Notes under the pieces: generated by a model
Seen by the model: only the letters and a program-made list of their open reading frames with translations
Told to the model about the DNA's origin: nothing
The model's database searches: none
Position numbers and translations under genes: made by a program
Part shown: piece by piece, positions 29,457-38,069 of the stretch
How positions within the stretch are numbered: position 1 is the stretch's first letter
How the letters are laid out: every line of letters starts with the position of its first letter
Source of the DNA: an uncultured Acidobacteriota bacterium
GTDB taxonomy: Bacteria > Acidobacteriota > Thermoanaerobaculia > Multivoradales > UBA5704
NCBI GenBank assembly: GCA_963700145.1
Contig: OY969474.1
Span: 4,160,001 to 4,224,000 of the forward strand
DNA length: 64,000 nucleotides
Direction: 5' to 3'

Positions 29457-30092
29457 ATGACCGTTGATCTGAACCGGCCTCCCATAACCAGGAAGTCTGG
29501 CCGTGAACGCTTCAGGGCTGGGGCACGAGAACTGGACTTCGACCTGCTGAGCTTCTGGCGGTGGAGCGCTTCCGATCTCCTGAGCAACGCGACACGGGGA
29601 ATCGTGGCCGAATACCTCGTAGCCCGTGCTCTCGATGCAGACCCTGAAGGCGTTCGGGAGGGATGGGCAGCATACGACCTCAGGACAAAGGATGGCGTGA
29701 AAGTCGAGGTCAAGTCCGCTGCCTACCTCCAGAGTTGGCATCAAGAGAACTTTTCCCGGATTTCCTTCGTCGTGCCGAAGACAAGGGTATGGGATCCCTT
29801 GACAAATCGTTTGGAAGAGCGCCCGGCACGGCAAGCAGATGTCTACGTGTTTGCACTGTTGGCTCACCAAGACAAAAAAACTGTCCAGCCCTTAGACGTC
29901 AGTCAGTGGATTTTCTACGTCCTTCCAACCTCGATGCTAGACGGGAGGACACGAAGCCAACACTCGATCACTTTGCCAACGCTCTGCAAGATTTGTGAAC
30001 ATCCCATTGGTTACCAGGACCTAAGGGCAGCGGTGGCAGAAGTAGCGAAGCGCAAGGCAGAGTCGGCCAACCTCGCCGCTCAGCGGCAATAA
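29457..30092 (+). CDS. Cassette 3: PD-(D/E)XK nuclease-like protein
   Basis: RGIVAEYLV...YDL...KVEVKS restriction-endonuclease-like motif order; start ATG 29457 after the attC. Confidence 0.7.
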   Translation: MTVDLNRPPITRKSGRERFRAGARELDFDLLSFWRWSASDLLSNATRGIVAEYLVARALDADPEGVREGWAAYDLRTKDGVKVEVKSAAYLQSWHQENFSRISFVVPKTRVWDPLTNRLEERPARQADVYVFALLAHQDKKTVQPLDVSQWIFYVLPTSMLDGRTRSQHSITLPTLCKICEHPIGYQDLRAAVAEVAKRKAESANLAAQRQ

Positions 30093-30100
30093 CGTTCGGC
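30065..30100 (+). mobile_element. Internally collapsed attC (36 bp)
   Basis: GGCCAAC-ctc-GCCGCT-c-AGCGGC-aataac-GTTCGGC. Confidence 0.6.
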
Positions 30101-30113
30101 GTCGAGGAAACGG

Positions 30114-30761
30114 GTGACATCCGAGGTGGGACCGTTGTCCGATCAACGAGTGGCCTTTGACTTCTCCCTCCTCCCGGCAATGAAATCGGTAGGCATCCTC
30201 TCGAGGCTTGATCCAGAAATCGAGGCCCGGTTCGATGAGATCCGTGTACTCAGCGAGACTCGGAACAGGGCTCGGGGTGCGCTAATGCTGTTCTGCGACG
30301 CTCACGGACGCGAGGATGCATGGAGAGACGAAGCGTATATAAGAGGGGGTCTTAACGAGTTCTACTCGATAGGTGATGCTGTAGCGCGCGAGCACAGGAC
30401 TGCACGCTTTGCGGGCAGGGCGAGGAAACCCAAGGATTCAAGAAATCCTCTGATTCATCTCATGTTACTCCTGCGGCACGTGAATGTTCACACGCAGACG
30501 TGCTCGGTAGCTCGTCACCAAACGACTGTCATGTCCCATCTTGGCGAGCCGCACGAGTACACCTACACCGCAGCGGTCATCAGTAATCTGAGCGTCGATC
30601 AACTGCTAGGACGACGAAGAGAGGCGGCGCGGAGCTATGAGAGGGCCGACCTCGAACGTGTTGTGGCGTGGTTTGTAGAGAAACAGAAGGTGTTCGGAGT
30701 TCACGAGGTATTTATAGAAGGTACCGAGTTGTACTGTCACGAGTTGTTGAGGAACTATTAG
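30114..30761 (+). CDS. Cassette 4: helical hypothetical protein with a HEPN-like RxxxxH motif
   Basis: LLRHVNVH; alternative start ATG 30180. Confidence 0.6.
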   Translation: MTSEVGPLSDQRVAFDFSLLPAMKSVGILSRLDPEIEARFDEIRVLSETRNRARGALMLFCDAHGREDAWRDEAYIRGGLNEFYSIGDAVAREHRTARFAGRARKPKDSRNPLIHLMLLLRHVNVHTQTCSVARHQTTVMSHLGEPHEYTYTAAVISNLSVDQLLGRRREAARSYERADLERVVAWFVEKQKVFGVHEVFIEGTELYCHELLRNY

Positions 30762-30797
30762 GGACCACGAGCGGTGCCGCATATGCGCTGTAATGCC

Positions 30798-30859
30798 GCC
30801 GAACCCCGGCCTCTGCGCGGATGCCTGACTGCGCCGCTGAGGGGCAAACAAGTGTGCGC
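30798..30859 (+). mobile_element. Degenerate attC
   Basis: R'' GCCGAAC; CCTC..GCGGaTGC / GCGCCGCTGAGG arms; R' eroded. Confidence 0.6.
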
Positions 30860-30891
30860 GAGTACTATGGCTTCAGTGAGGAGGGCAGGGC

Positions 30892-31172
30892 ATGGAGATC
30901 GTTATAGCCGTTATCGGAGGCCTTATTCTCTTCGCCGTAATTTCTGCCCTCGTCAGGGCACCGGGGAATCTCCTCCAGCGAAAATTTGGCAGTCTCGGTC
31001 AGCTCCCTGGCAAACCAAAGAAGAGATCATCGCTGTAGTTGGGCCTCCGAACAGCGTATCGGCAGCGGAGGACGGTAAAACCCTACTTCAGTGGATGGCC
31101 CCAGGTTATCATGTTGCTCTCCTATTTGAGGGGGAAGCCTGCCTGGGAATCACTCACGAGTTTAGCGGGTAG
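30892..31172 (+). pseudogene. Cassette 5: small membrane-anchored protein with a 1-nt frameshift
   Basis: MEIVIAVIGGLILFAVISALVRAPGNLLQRKFGSLGQLPGK continues as TKEEIIAVVGPPNS...GITHEFSG if one A is added at 31012-31014; SD GAGGAGG. Confidence 0.7.
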
Positions 31173-31360
31173 TGCTTAACCGAGCTACAGGCATGTGGTG
31201 GAACGTCGCGGATTGGCGCACGCAGCCCGCCCGCAATGGGCTTCGCCCGTTGCTCGCTGGAACTTTGCAGCTGGGGGCCTCCCCTCGGTTACGGCACCAA
31301 ACTGTCCCATGCCCCACCCGGGGCGGGGCGGTGGTAAACTCTCTCCGGAGGTTCTGAAGA

Positions 31361-31645
31361 GTGCACGAGGCGGTTGAAGTCAAGGCTTTGTCGGACTATA
31401 GAATCTGGGTCCGCTTCGCTGACGGTGTTGCGGGGGAGGTGGACTTGTCCCACCTTGCAGGCCGCGGTGTGTTCTCGCTGTGGCACGACTACACAGCCTT
31501 TCAAGGGGTGCATGTCGGGCGAAGCGGGGAGATCGCATGGAATGACGAGGTTGAGCTCTGTCCAGATAGTCTTTATCTGACACTTACGGGGAAGACCCCG
31601 GAAGAGGTCTTCCCGAGCTTGGCTCGCGCGGAAGTCGGTGCCTGA
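31361..31645 (+). CDS. DUF2442-family protein (putative antitoxin)
   Basis: VKALSDYRIWVRFADG...VDL...GVF...IAW...ELCPDSLY. Confidence 0.85.
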   Translation: MHEAVEVKALSDYRIWVRFADGVAGEVDLSHLAGRGVFSLWHDYTAFQGVHVGRSGEIAWNDEVELCPDSLYLTLTGKTPEEVFPSLARAEVGA

Positions 31646-31898
31646 GATCTGCCGGTTCTACGGGATCATCATCAAGATGTATTTTGATGATCATAATCCG
31701 CCCCACTTTCATGCCGAGTATGGCTCAGATGGCGCGATCGTTGACATCAATAACCTCGCCATCATAGCCGGTCATCTTCCTCCGCGCGCTCTCGGTCTCG
31801 TTGCCGAGTGGGCATCCTTGCACCAAGAGGAACTGAGAGCGTACTGGCAGCGGGCAAGAAGTCTCGAGCCACTCGGGAAAATCGAGCCGCTGCGTTAG
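31638..31898 (+). CDS. DUF4160-family protein (putative toxin)
   Basis: MPEICRFYGIIIKMY.DDHNPPHFHAEY...EWASLHQEEL...W...IEPL. Confidence 0.9.
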   Translation: MPEICRFYGIIIKMYFDDHNPPHFHAEYGSDGAIVDINNLAIIAGHLPPRALGLVAEWASLHQEELRAYWQRARSLEPLGKIEPLR

Positions 31899-31930
31899 AG
31901 GTGGCTATGAGAGGAGTCGGAGACGCCCGC

Positions 31931-32230
31931 ATGAGTGAGGAGGCCGAGAAGCTTCCTCCTGTCCATCCCGGCGAGATTCTCCAAGAGGAGTTCTTGGGTC
32001 CGATGGGGATCAGCCAGTACCGGCTGGCGAAGAGCATCAGCGTTCCCGCTCGGCGAATCAACGAAGTCGTTCATGGGAAGCGGAGCATTACGGCGGATAC
32101 CGCACTGAGGCTCTCCCGGTTCTTCGGGACGAGCGAGAGGTTCTGGATGAATCTCCAGACGCGGTACGACCTCGAGGTGGAGAAGGACCGCCTCGAAGCG
32201 GAGATCGTCGAGCACGCGCGTGCCTCGTAG
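31931..32230 (+). CDS. higA: HigA-family antitoxin (orphan)
   Basis: PVHPGEILQEEFL, RINEVVHGKRSITADTALRL, FWMNLQ; start ATG 31931. Confidence 0.92.
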   Translation: MSEEAEKLPPVHPGEILQEEFLGPMGISQYRLAKSISVPARRINEVVHGKRSITADTALRLSRFFGTSERFWMNLQTRYDLEVEKDRLEAEIVEHARAS

Positions 32231-32263
32231 GATCCACTAGGAACCTCCCGAAGGAGGCGGAGC

Positions 32264-32914
32264 ATGAAAAGTCTCTTCACGGTAGCAACCCTGTGCTTCA
32301 TCGCAGCTTCCAATGCTTATGCGGGTGGGAACTGGGAGCAATTCCAGGATCCACAGAGCGCGGCCCGCGGAAACTGCCCCGAGTGCCAGCCCGGCGAGGC
32401 GAGGGCCGAGACCGCGGTCGCCCTTCGCGCCGGTGTCTATGTAGACATCAACGACTTGCCGTGCGGCGACGCGCGTCTCAACACTGCGGGTCTAACCGCG
32501 GAAATGAAGTCTGCTCTCGCCGCTGCGTTCTACAATCAGCGCGGCCCTGGTGCAAAGTTCGCCATCGATCTCGGTGAGGCAGGGATCAACGGCGGGGCAG
32601 GGATCAACGCATTGCTTCAGGCAGGCTTATACGACTCCGGGTCCGTCGGACAGCGCCTGCAAAGCTGGCCGAATCCACTGCAGGTCGCCAATTGCACAAG
32701 ACTTGCACTCGTCTTGCCCAAATCCGTGACCATCACGCGTATCGAGAAGGGTAGCGACTGCCGTAGGTGCGGCTGGACATTCGAGCCGGTTACGAGCGAG
32801 GTGGATTCCAATCTTTTGGCGGTAACTGGAGTGTTCAAGAACTGGCCGGAAGATACGGATCACCGCGTCTTCCTCCGTGTGTTCTACAAGCGCAACAATC
32901 CCGTTATGCCGTGA
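32264..32914 (+). CDS. Hypothetical secreted Cys-containing protein
   Basis: SD AAGGAGG, signal peptide ending AYA, two CxxC, lower GC. Confidence 0.7.
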   Translation: MKSLFTVATLCFIAASNAYAGGNWEQFQDPQSAARGNCPECQPGEARAETAVALRAGVYVDINDLPCGDARLNTAGLTAEMKSALAAAFYNQRGPGAKFAIDLGEAGINGGAGINALLQAGLYDSGSVGQRLQSWPNPLQVANCTRLALVLPKSVTITRIEKGSDCRRCGWTFEPVTSEVDSNLLAVTGVFKNWPEDTDHRVFLRVFYKRNNPVMP

Positions 32915-32920
32915 GCGTTA

Positions 32921-33210
32921 CTTCGCGTCCTCGGCTCCTTCTTCACCGGTGCCGTCAAGGTCCAGGACGATCATCGCGTCATCGAATCGAGCCCCTACGG
33001 CTGGGTGCGGCACCCTTCGTACAGCGCGCTCATCGTCCTGGGGATCGCGCTCGCGCTCGGCAACTGGCTCAGTGTCCTCGTCTCCGTCGTCATCGCGTTA
33101 TTCGCCTGCTCGTACCGGGCACATGTGGAGGAGCAGGCTCTACTCTCGTCCCTCGGGGCTCCGTACGCGCAGTTCATGGTCGCCCGCAAGCGATCCCTTT
33201 CATCTGCTAG
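32921..33210 (+). pseudogene. 3' fragment of an isoprenylcysteine carboxyl methyltransferase (ICMT) family gene
   Basis: LRVLGSFFT...DHRVIESSPYGWVRHPSY...EEQAL...G..Y...RKR(frameshift)IPFIC; no start codon. Confidence 0.75.
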
Positions 33211-33255
33211 GTCGAGCCGGAGCAGGTCCCGTACCATTCCTGGTACACTCTCGCG

Positions 33256-33621
33256 GTGGCGGAGAGCGCGCCAGGCCGCAAAGATCCGGTCTTGGGCGTG
33301 GTCTTCTACCGCACCGGCGTCGGCAATGAACCGGTGCGCCAGTGGCTCAAGGGCCTGAAGTGGGAGGACCGAAAGGCGATCGGCGAAGACATCAAGACGG
33401 CGCAATACGGCTGGCCGCTGGGAATGCCGCTCATCAGGAAGCTGGAGCCAGGACTGTGGGAGGTTCGGTCGCACATCGCTCAAGGCATCGCACGCGTCAT
33501 CTTCACCGTCGGCGACGGCGTGATGGTGTTGCTGCACGGCTTCGTCAAGAAGTCGCAGAAGACCCCGCTGGCAGACCTGAGGACGGCTCGGCAACGTCTG
33601 GCGGACCTAAGCGAGGAGTAG
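33256..33621 (+). CDS. RelE/HigB-like toxin (Gp49/DUF891 type)
   Basis: FYRT..GNEPVRQWL, GWPLGMPLIRKL..GLWEVR, LLHGFVKKSQKTP. Confidence 0.88.
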   Translation: MAESAPGRKDPVLGVVFYRTGVGNEPVRQWLKGLKWEDRKAIGEDIKTAQYGWPLGMPLIRKLEPGLWEVRSHIAQGIARVIFTVGDGVMVLLHGFVKKSQKTPLADLRTARQRLADLSEE

Positions 33622-33625
33622 TGTC

Positions 33626-33907
33626 ATGAAGAAGAAGCACCTCGGCAGCGACTTCGACGATTTCCTGCGGGAGGAGCAGCTCCTGGAGGTCGCGGAAGCG
33701 ACGGCTGCCAAGCGGGTGATCGCCTTCCAGATCGCCCAGGAGATGAAGCGCTGCAGGCTCACGAAATCGGAGATGGCCAGCCGCATGAAGACCAGTCGAC
33801 CGGCGCTGGAGCGCTTGCTGGACCCTGCCAATCCGTCGGTGACGCTGTCCACCCTGGAACGGGCTGCTTCGGCGGTCGGGAAGAAGCTCAAGGTCAAGCT
33901 GGCATAG
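33626..33907 (+). CDS. XRE-family HTH antitoxin
   Basis: HLGSDFDDFL, AAKRVIAFQI, MA.RM.TSR..L.RLLDP.N.SVTL.TL. Confidence 0.88.
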   Translation: MKKKHLGSDFDDFLREEQLLEVAEATAAKRVIAFQIAQEMKRCRLTKSEMASRMKTSRPALERLLDPANPSVTLSTLERAASAVGKKLKVKLA

Positions 33908-33964
33908 CCCGGCTCGGCGCCAAGACTGCCTTGGAGATCGGCTTCAAAGCAGAGATCATCGGGC

Positions 33965-35995
33965 ATGCACATGCCTCGTAGAGGTGCCGCGGCTTGCCGC
34001 CTCGCCGGCGGGCTGCTTCTCTTCCCCAGCCTCTTCCTCGCCTGCACCTCCACCCGCCCGCCCTCCGGCCCCGCCGACCTCCCCGAGCTGGCGGTCGCGG
34101 ACGCCGACGTTCGCGCGCTTCTCCTCCTCATGGTCGACCGCCAGTGGTTCGAGCCGCTGACCGTCGATCGCGCCGCTCGCGGGGACGCCGCATTGCGCGA
34201 GGAGCTGGCCGACGCCCTCGGGCGGGCCGGGGACTCGCGCGGGCGGGGGATGCTGGAGGGGCTGCTGATCGACGACGAGGCGCGGGTGCGGCGGGCGGCC
34301 GCCTTCGCGCTCGGGGAGCTAGACGACCAGGCGGCGGTACCGGCGCTGACCAAGGTGCTGCGCGATCCCGACCGCGAGACCGGCGTCCTGGCCGTCGAGG
34401 CGCTGGGCAAGCTCGGCAGCCGCGCGGTGGACGTGGCCGAGGCGCTGCTGCCGCTCGACGAGGGGGAGCGCTGGGCGCGCCTGCTGCCGCACCTCTTCCG
34501 CTTCAAGGACGAGGCGCGGGTGGCGCTCGCCGAGCGCGCGCTGATCCTCCCCGGCGCCGAGCTCCACGCCCAGGCCGCCTACGCGCTTGGGCGCGACACC
34601 CTGCCCCCCGCGGCGGACCCGCTGCGGCGCCTGCTCGCCGACCCGGACGGCTGGATCCGTTCCTGGGCGGCGCGCGGGCTCGGCGCGATCGGGGTGACGG
34701 CCGACCTGCCGCGCCTCCGCCCGCTGCTCGACGACGCCGACGCGAGCGCGATCGTCCAGGCGCTGCGCGCCGCGCAGAGCCTCATCGCTCGGCAGGAAGC
34801 GCCGGCGCCGGCCGAGTGGGAGCCGCGCCTCCTGGAGCTCGTCTCCGACCCGCGGCCCGGAGTGCGGGTGACCGCTCTCGAAGCCGCGGGCGCCTGGCCG
34901 CTCGCGGGGGCGCTCGGCGAAGCGGTGGCGGTGCGGGCGGCCTCGGGCGCCGGCCGCGAGCGGGAGGTGGCCCTCCTCTCCGTCGCCGCGGCGCGCCACT
35001 CGCGGGCCGGCGAGCTGGTCGAGGCCGCCGCCGCGGCTTCCGATCCGGTGCTGCGGACGCGGGCGGCGGAGGCGGCCGGACGGCTCGGCGCCGCCGCGCT
35101 CCTCGAGCGGCTGACCGCCGACTCCACCGCGATGGTGCGCGGCGCCGCGGTCGCGGCGCGCCTGGAGGCGGCGGGGGAGGATATGGCCGCGGCGGCGGCG
35201 GCGGTCGCTCGCCTCGCCCTGGCCGACCCCGACCACGGCGTCCGCGCCACCGCCTTCGGGTGGCTGGCCGAGCACCCGGTCGTGCCGCTGGAGGTCCTCG
35301 ACCCGGCGGCGCGCGCGGCGCTCACCGACCGCGAGGTCGAGTCGGGCGTCTCGGCGGTCCAGGCACTCGCCGCCCGCGGCAAAGCCGAGCCGCTGGAGCG
35401 CGGCGCGGTCGTCGCCCTCCTCGAGCAGATCGCCGCCGTCAACGACCTGCCGCTCCGCCGCGCCGCGGCCGCCGGCCTGGTCGAGCTCGACCGCCCCGAG
35501 CCGCCGCGCCGGCCGTTCGAGACCGGCAAGACGCTCGAGACCTACCAGGAGATCGTGCAGCGCACCCGCCGCCCGCGCGAGGTCGAGCTCGTCACCGCCC
35601 GCGGCCCGGTGCGCCTCCGCCTCGCCTGCCCGCAGGCGCCGCTCACCTGCCTCAACTTCCTCACCTTGGCCGGCCAGGGCTACTTCGACGGCCTCCGCTT
35701 CCACCGCATCGTCCCCGACTTCGTGGTCCAGGACGGCGACCCGCGCGGCGACGGCAGCGGCGGCCCCGGCTACTCGATCCGCGACGAGATCAACCGCCTG
35801 CGCTACCGCCGCGGCGTCCTCGGCATGGCCCTCTCCGGCCCCGACACCGGCGGCAGCCAGTGGTTCGTCACCCTGACCCCCCAGCCCCACCTCGACGGCG
35901 GCTACACCGTCTTCGGCGAGGTCGTCGCCGGCATGGAGGTCCTCGACCAGCTCCTCCAGGGGGACGCGATCGAGCGGGTGCGGGAGGTGCCGTGA
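33965..35995 (+). CDS. HEAT-repeat lipoprotein fused to a cyclophilin-type peptidyl-prolyl isomerase
   Basis: FLAC lipobox, VRRAAAFALGEL repeats, FHRIVPDFVVQDGDP, GMA...DTGGSQWF, HLDGGYTVFG. Confidence 0.9.
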   Translation: MHMPRRGAAACRLAGGLLLFPSLFLACTSTRPPSGPADLPELAVADADVRALLLLMVDRQWFEPLTVDRAARGDAALREELADALGRAGDSRGRGMLEGLLIDDEARVRRAAAFALGELDDQAAVPALTKVLRDPDRETGVLAVEALGKLGSRAVDVAEALLPLDEGERWARLLPHLFRFKDEARVALAERALILPGAELHAQAAYALGRDTLPPAADPLRRLLADPDGWIRSWAARGLGAIGVTADLPRLRPLLDDADASAIVQALRAAQSLIARQEAPAPAEWEPRLLELVSDPRPGVRVTALEAAGAWPLAGALGEAVAVRAASGAGREREVALLSVAAARHSRAGELVEAAAAASDPVLRTRAAEAAGRLGAAALLERLTADSTAMVRGAAVAARLEAAGEDMAAAAAAVARLALADPDHGVRATAFGWLAEHPVVPLEVLDPAARAALTDREVESGVSAVQALAARGKAEPLERGAVVALLEQIAAVNDLPLRRAAAAGLVELDRPEPPRRPFETGKTLETYQEIVQRTRRPREVELVTARGPVRLRLACPQAPLTCLNFLTLAGQGYFDGLRFHRIVPDFVVQDGDPRGDGSGGPGYSIRDEINRLRYRRGVLGMALSGPDTGGSQWFVTLTPQPHLDGGYTVFGEVVAGMEVLDQLLQGDAIERVREVP

Positions 35996-36018
35996 GGTCG
36001 CTGCTAGACTCCCGCGCG

Positions 36019-36633
36019 ATGAGCGCAAGGTCCCGGCGGTACGGAGTGGTGATCGCGGTCTTTGTCACCGTGGCGGCGTACGCCTGGGCGAAGCCGCCGG
36101 ACGAGCCGCCGCCGCCCGCGACGCCCGAGGCGACGGCGACGGCCGAGAGCGCGGCCCCCGAGACCCCCGTCGCGCCCGTCCTGACCGGCGAGGTCACCCG
36201 CGAGCAGATCGAGGAGTCGGTGCCGGACTGGGTCGCGGAGGAGGTGACCGCGCAGCCCGATCCGGCGGCGGCGCGGGCGCTGGCCGCCGTGCCCCCCGGG
36301 GCCGAGGTCACGGTCTACCTCGGCACCTGGTGCGGCGACAGCAAGCGCGAGCTGCCCCGGCTCTGGCGCGCCCTGGACGAGACCGGCGGCGCCGCGCCCG
36401 TCGCCTTCCGCTACGTCGCCGTGGGGCGCGACAAGAAGGAGCCGGTCGCGCTCACCGAAGGCGCCGGCCTCCTCTACGTGCCGACCTTCGTCGTCGCGCG
36501 CGACGGCCGCGAGGTGGGGCGGATCGTCGAGGAGTCGCCGCACGGGGTCGAGCGCGACCTCCTCGCCCTCCTCGACGGCAGCGCCAAGGGCGTGGTGAGC
36601 GCCCGCGACGACCTCCAGCCGCCGCAGCCGTAG
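36019..36633 (+). CDS. Exported thioredoxin-fold protein (CxxS)
   Basis: YLGTWCGDS, VPTF, GREVGRIVE; C-terminal part of ORF 33994..36633. Confidence 0.82.
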   Translation: MSARSRRYGVVIAVFVTVAAYAWAKPPDEPPPPATPEATATAESAAPETPVAPVLTGEVTREQIEESVPDWVAEEVTAQPDPAAARALAAVPPGAEVTVYLGTWCGDSKRELPRLWRALDETGGAAPVAFRYVAVGRDKKEPVALTEGAGLLYVPTFVVARDGREVGRIVEESPHGVERDLLALLDGSAKGVVSARDDLQPPQP

Positions 36634-36647
36634 CCGCCGCGCCGGGC

Positions 36648-36824
36648 ATGCGCGACCGCCTCGGTTGGTGGCTCCAGCTCCTCGCCCTGGTCGTCGTCGG
36701 CAGCGCCCTCCTCGTCGGGCTGGTCTACGATCAGGTCCGCCTGGAGGTGGGGCTCCTCGGGGTCGGGGGAGGCATCTTCCTCCTCGGCCGCTGGCTCCAG
36801 GCCCGGCGCGGCCAGCGCCCCTGA
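36648..36824 (+). CDS. Small two-TM membrane protein
   Basis: MRDRLGWWLQLLALVVVG...GGGIFLLGRWLQ. Confidence 0.65.
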   Translation: MRDRLGWWLQLLALVVVGSALLVGLVYDQVRLEVGLLGVGGGIFLLGRWLQARRGQRP

Positions 36825-36867
36825 GTCACCCCTTCGCAACCTTGACCCCCAGCCTGCGTATCCTGCG

Positions 36868-37452
36868 ATGACACGGGGCGCCGAGCAGCTGTCGGACGAC
36901 GAGCTGATCGCGGCGATCCTCGGGGGCGACCGCGAGCGCTTCGGCGACCTCGTCGAGCGCTACCAGGGCCGCCTCGTCAATTACCTGTTCCGATTGCTGC
37001 GCAACCTGGAGGAGGCGCACGAGCTGGCGCAGGAGGTCTTTCTCAAGGTGTATCAGGTCCTGGACCGCTACGACCCGCAGTACAAGTTCTCCACCTGGCT
37101 GTTCCGGGTGGCGCAGAACGCGGCCATCGACCAGATCCGCCGCCGGCGCCTGAAGCTGGTGTCGCTGGCGCAGGAGGACGCCGAGGGGGAGTCGCGGGAC
37201 TGGGACCTGCCGAGCCCCGACCGCGGACCCTACGGGCACCTGCGGAACCAGGAGCGGGGCGAGGCGCTGCAGTCGGCCATCGACGCGCTGCCCTGGGAGT
37301 ACCGGGAGCTGATCCTGCTGCGCCACTTCGGCGAGCTCCCGTACGAGGAGATCGCGCAGTTGAAGCGCATGCCTTTGGGGACGGTGAAGAACAAGCTCTT
37401 CCGCGGCCGTCAGATGTTGAAGGAGCGGTTGGCGGACTTCCTGGTGGACTGA
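36868..37452 (+). CDS. ECF sigma-70 factor
   Basis: F..LVERYQ, ELAQEVF, FSTWLFRVAQN..ID, YEEIA...PLGTVK..LFRGR. Confidence 0.93.
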   Translation: MTRGAEQLSDDELIAAILGGDRERFGDLVERYQGRLVNYLFRLLRNLEEAHELAQEVFLKVYQVLDRYDPQYKFSTWLFRVAQNAAIDQIRRRRLKLVSLAQEDAEGESRDWDLPSPDRGPYGHLRNQERGEALQSAIDALPWEYRELILLRHFGELPYEEIAQLKRMPLGTVKNKLFRGRQMLKERLADFLVD

Positions 37453-37477
37453 AGGCGGACCCTGGACGGACGGTGAC

Positions 37478-38047
37478 ATGAGCAGGCACGAAGCCTACGA
37501 AGAGTGGGTGGAGATGGAGGCCGACGGCCTCCTCACCCCCGAGCGGCGGGCGCGGCTGGACGCCCACGCCGCCGAGTGCGTGCGCTGCCGCGACGAGCGG
37601 CAGGCCCTGGCGCGGCTCGGCGCCCTGCTGCGCGAGACCGAGGTCGCGGTCGAGCCCGGCTTCCGGGCGCAGGTGCTGGAGCGCCTCCCGGCCGCCGGCT
37701 GGGAGGGACGGCACCCGCGCACCTGGCGGCTGCCGTTCGCGGTCTTTGCCCTGCTCGGCGGGCTCGCCGCCGCGCTCGTTGGCAGCAGCTCGGCGCAGCT
37801 CGGGCCGGAGGTGTCGATCGTCGCGGCGCTCGCCGCCCTGGGCGAGATGGCCCGCGCCGCGCTGCTCGCCGGCGCCGGCCTCCTGGGCGCCTCGTGGAAG
37901 GGCGTCGGGCTGGCGATGCGCGAGCTGCTCGACTCGCCGCTCGACGTCGCCGCGCTCGGCTTCCTCGTCCTCTGCCTCGACCTGCTGCTGATCTCGCTCC
38001 TGCGGCGGCGGCGCCCGGCGACGGCGTCCCCGCCGGAACGGCGATAG
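37478..38047 (+). CDS. Zinc-binding (HxxxCxxC) anti-sigma factor with TM helices
   Basis: HAAECVRC; directly downstream of the ECF sigma. Confidence 0.85.
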   Translation: MSRHEAYEEWVEMEADGLLTPERRARLDAHAAECVRCRDERQALARLGALLRETEVAVEPGFRAQVLERLPAAGWEGRHPRTWRLPFAVFALLGGLAAALVGSSSAQLGPEVSIVAALAALGEMARAALLAGAGLLGASWKGVGLAMRELLDSPLDVAALGFLVLCLDLLLISLLRRRRPATASPPERR

Positions 38048-38069
38048 ACGGTGCGATGATGCGCTCGGG

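Larger units (their letters stand above)
28036..33910 (+). mobile_element. Integron gene-cassette array with no integrase in the window (CALIN-like), partly degenerate; right boundary uncertain
   Basis: Lower GC, short co-oriented ORFs, attC-like sites at 28840, 29380, 30065 and 30798; cassette 5' ends are complementary to their own R'' boxes. Confidence 0.8.

Noticed and set aside
31174-31295. Fifth attC site
   Set aside because: GCTTAAC and a GCAATGGGC-TTC-GCCCGTTGC hairpin are suggestive, but L boxes and a matching R' could not be aligned, so it is not listed as a feature.
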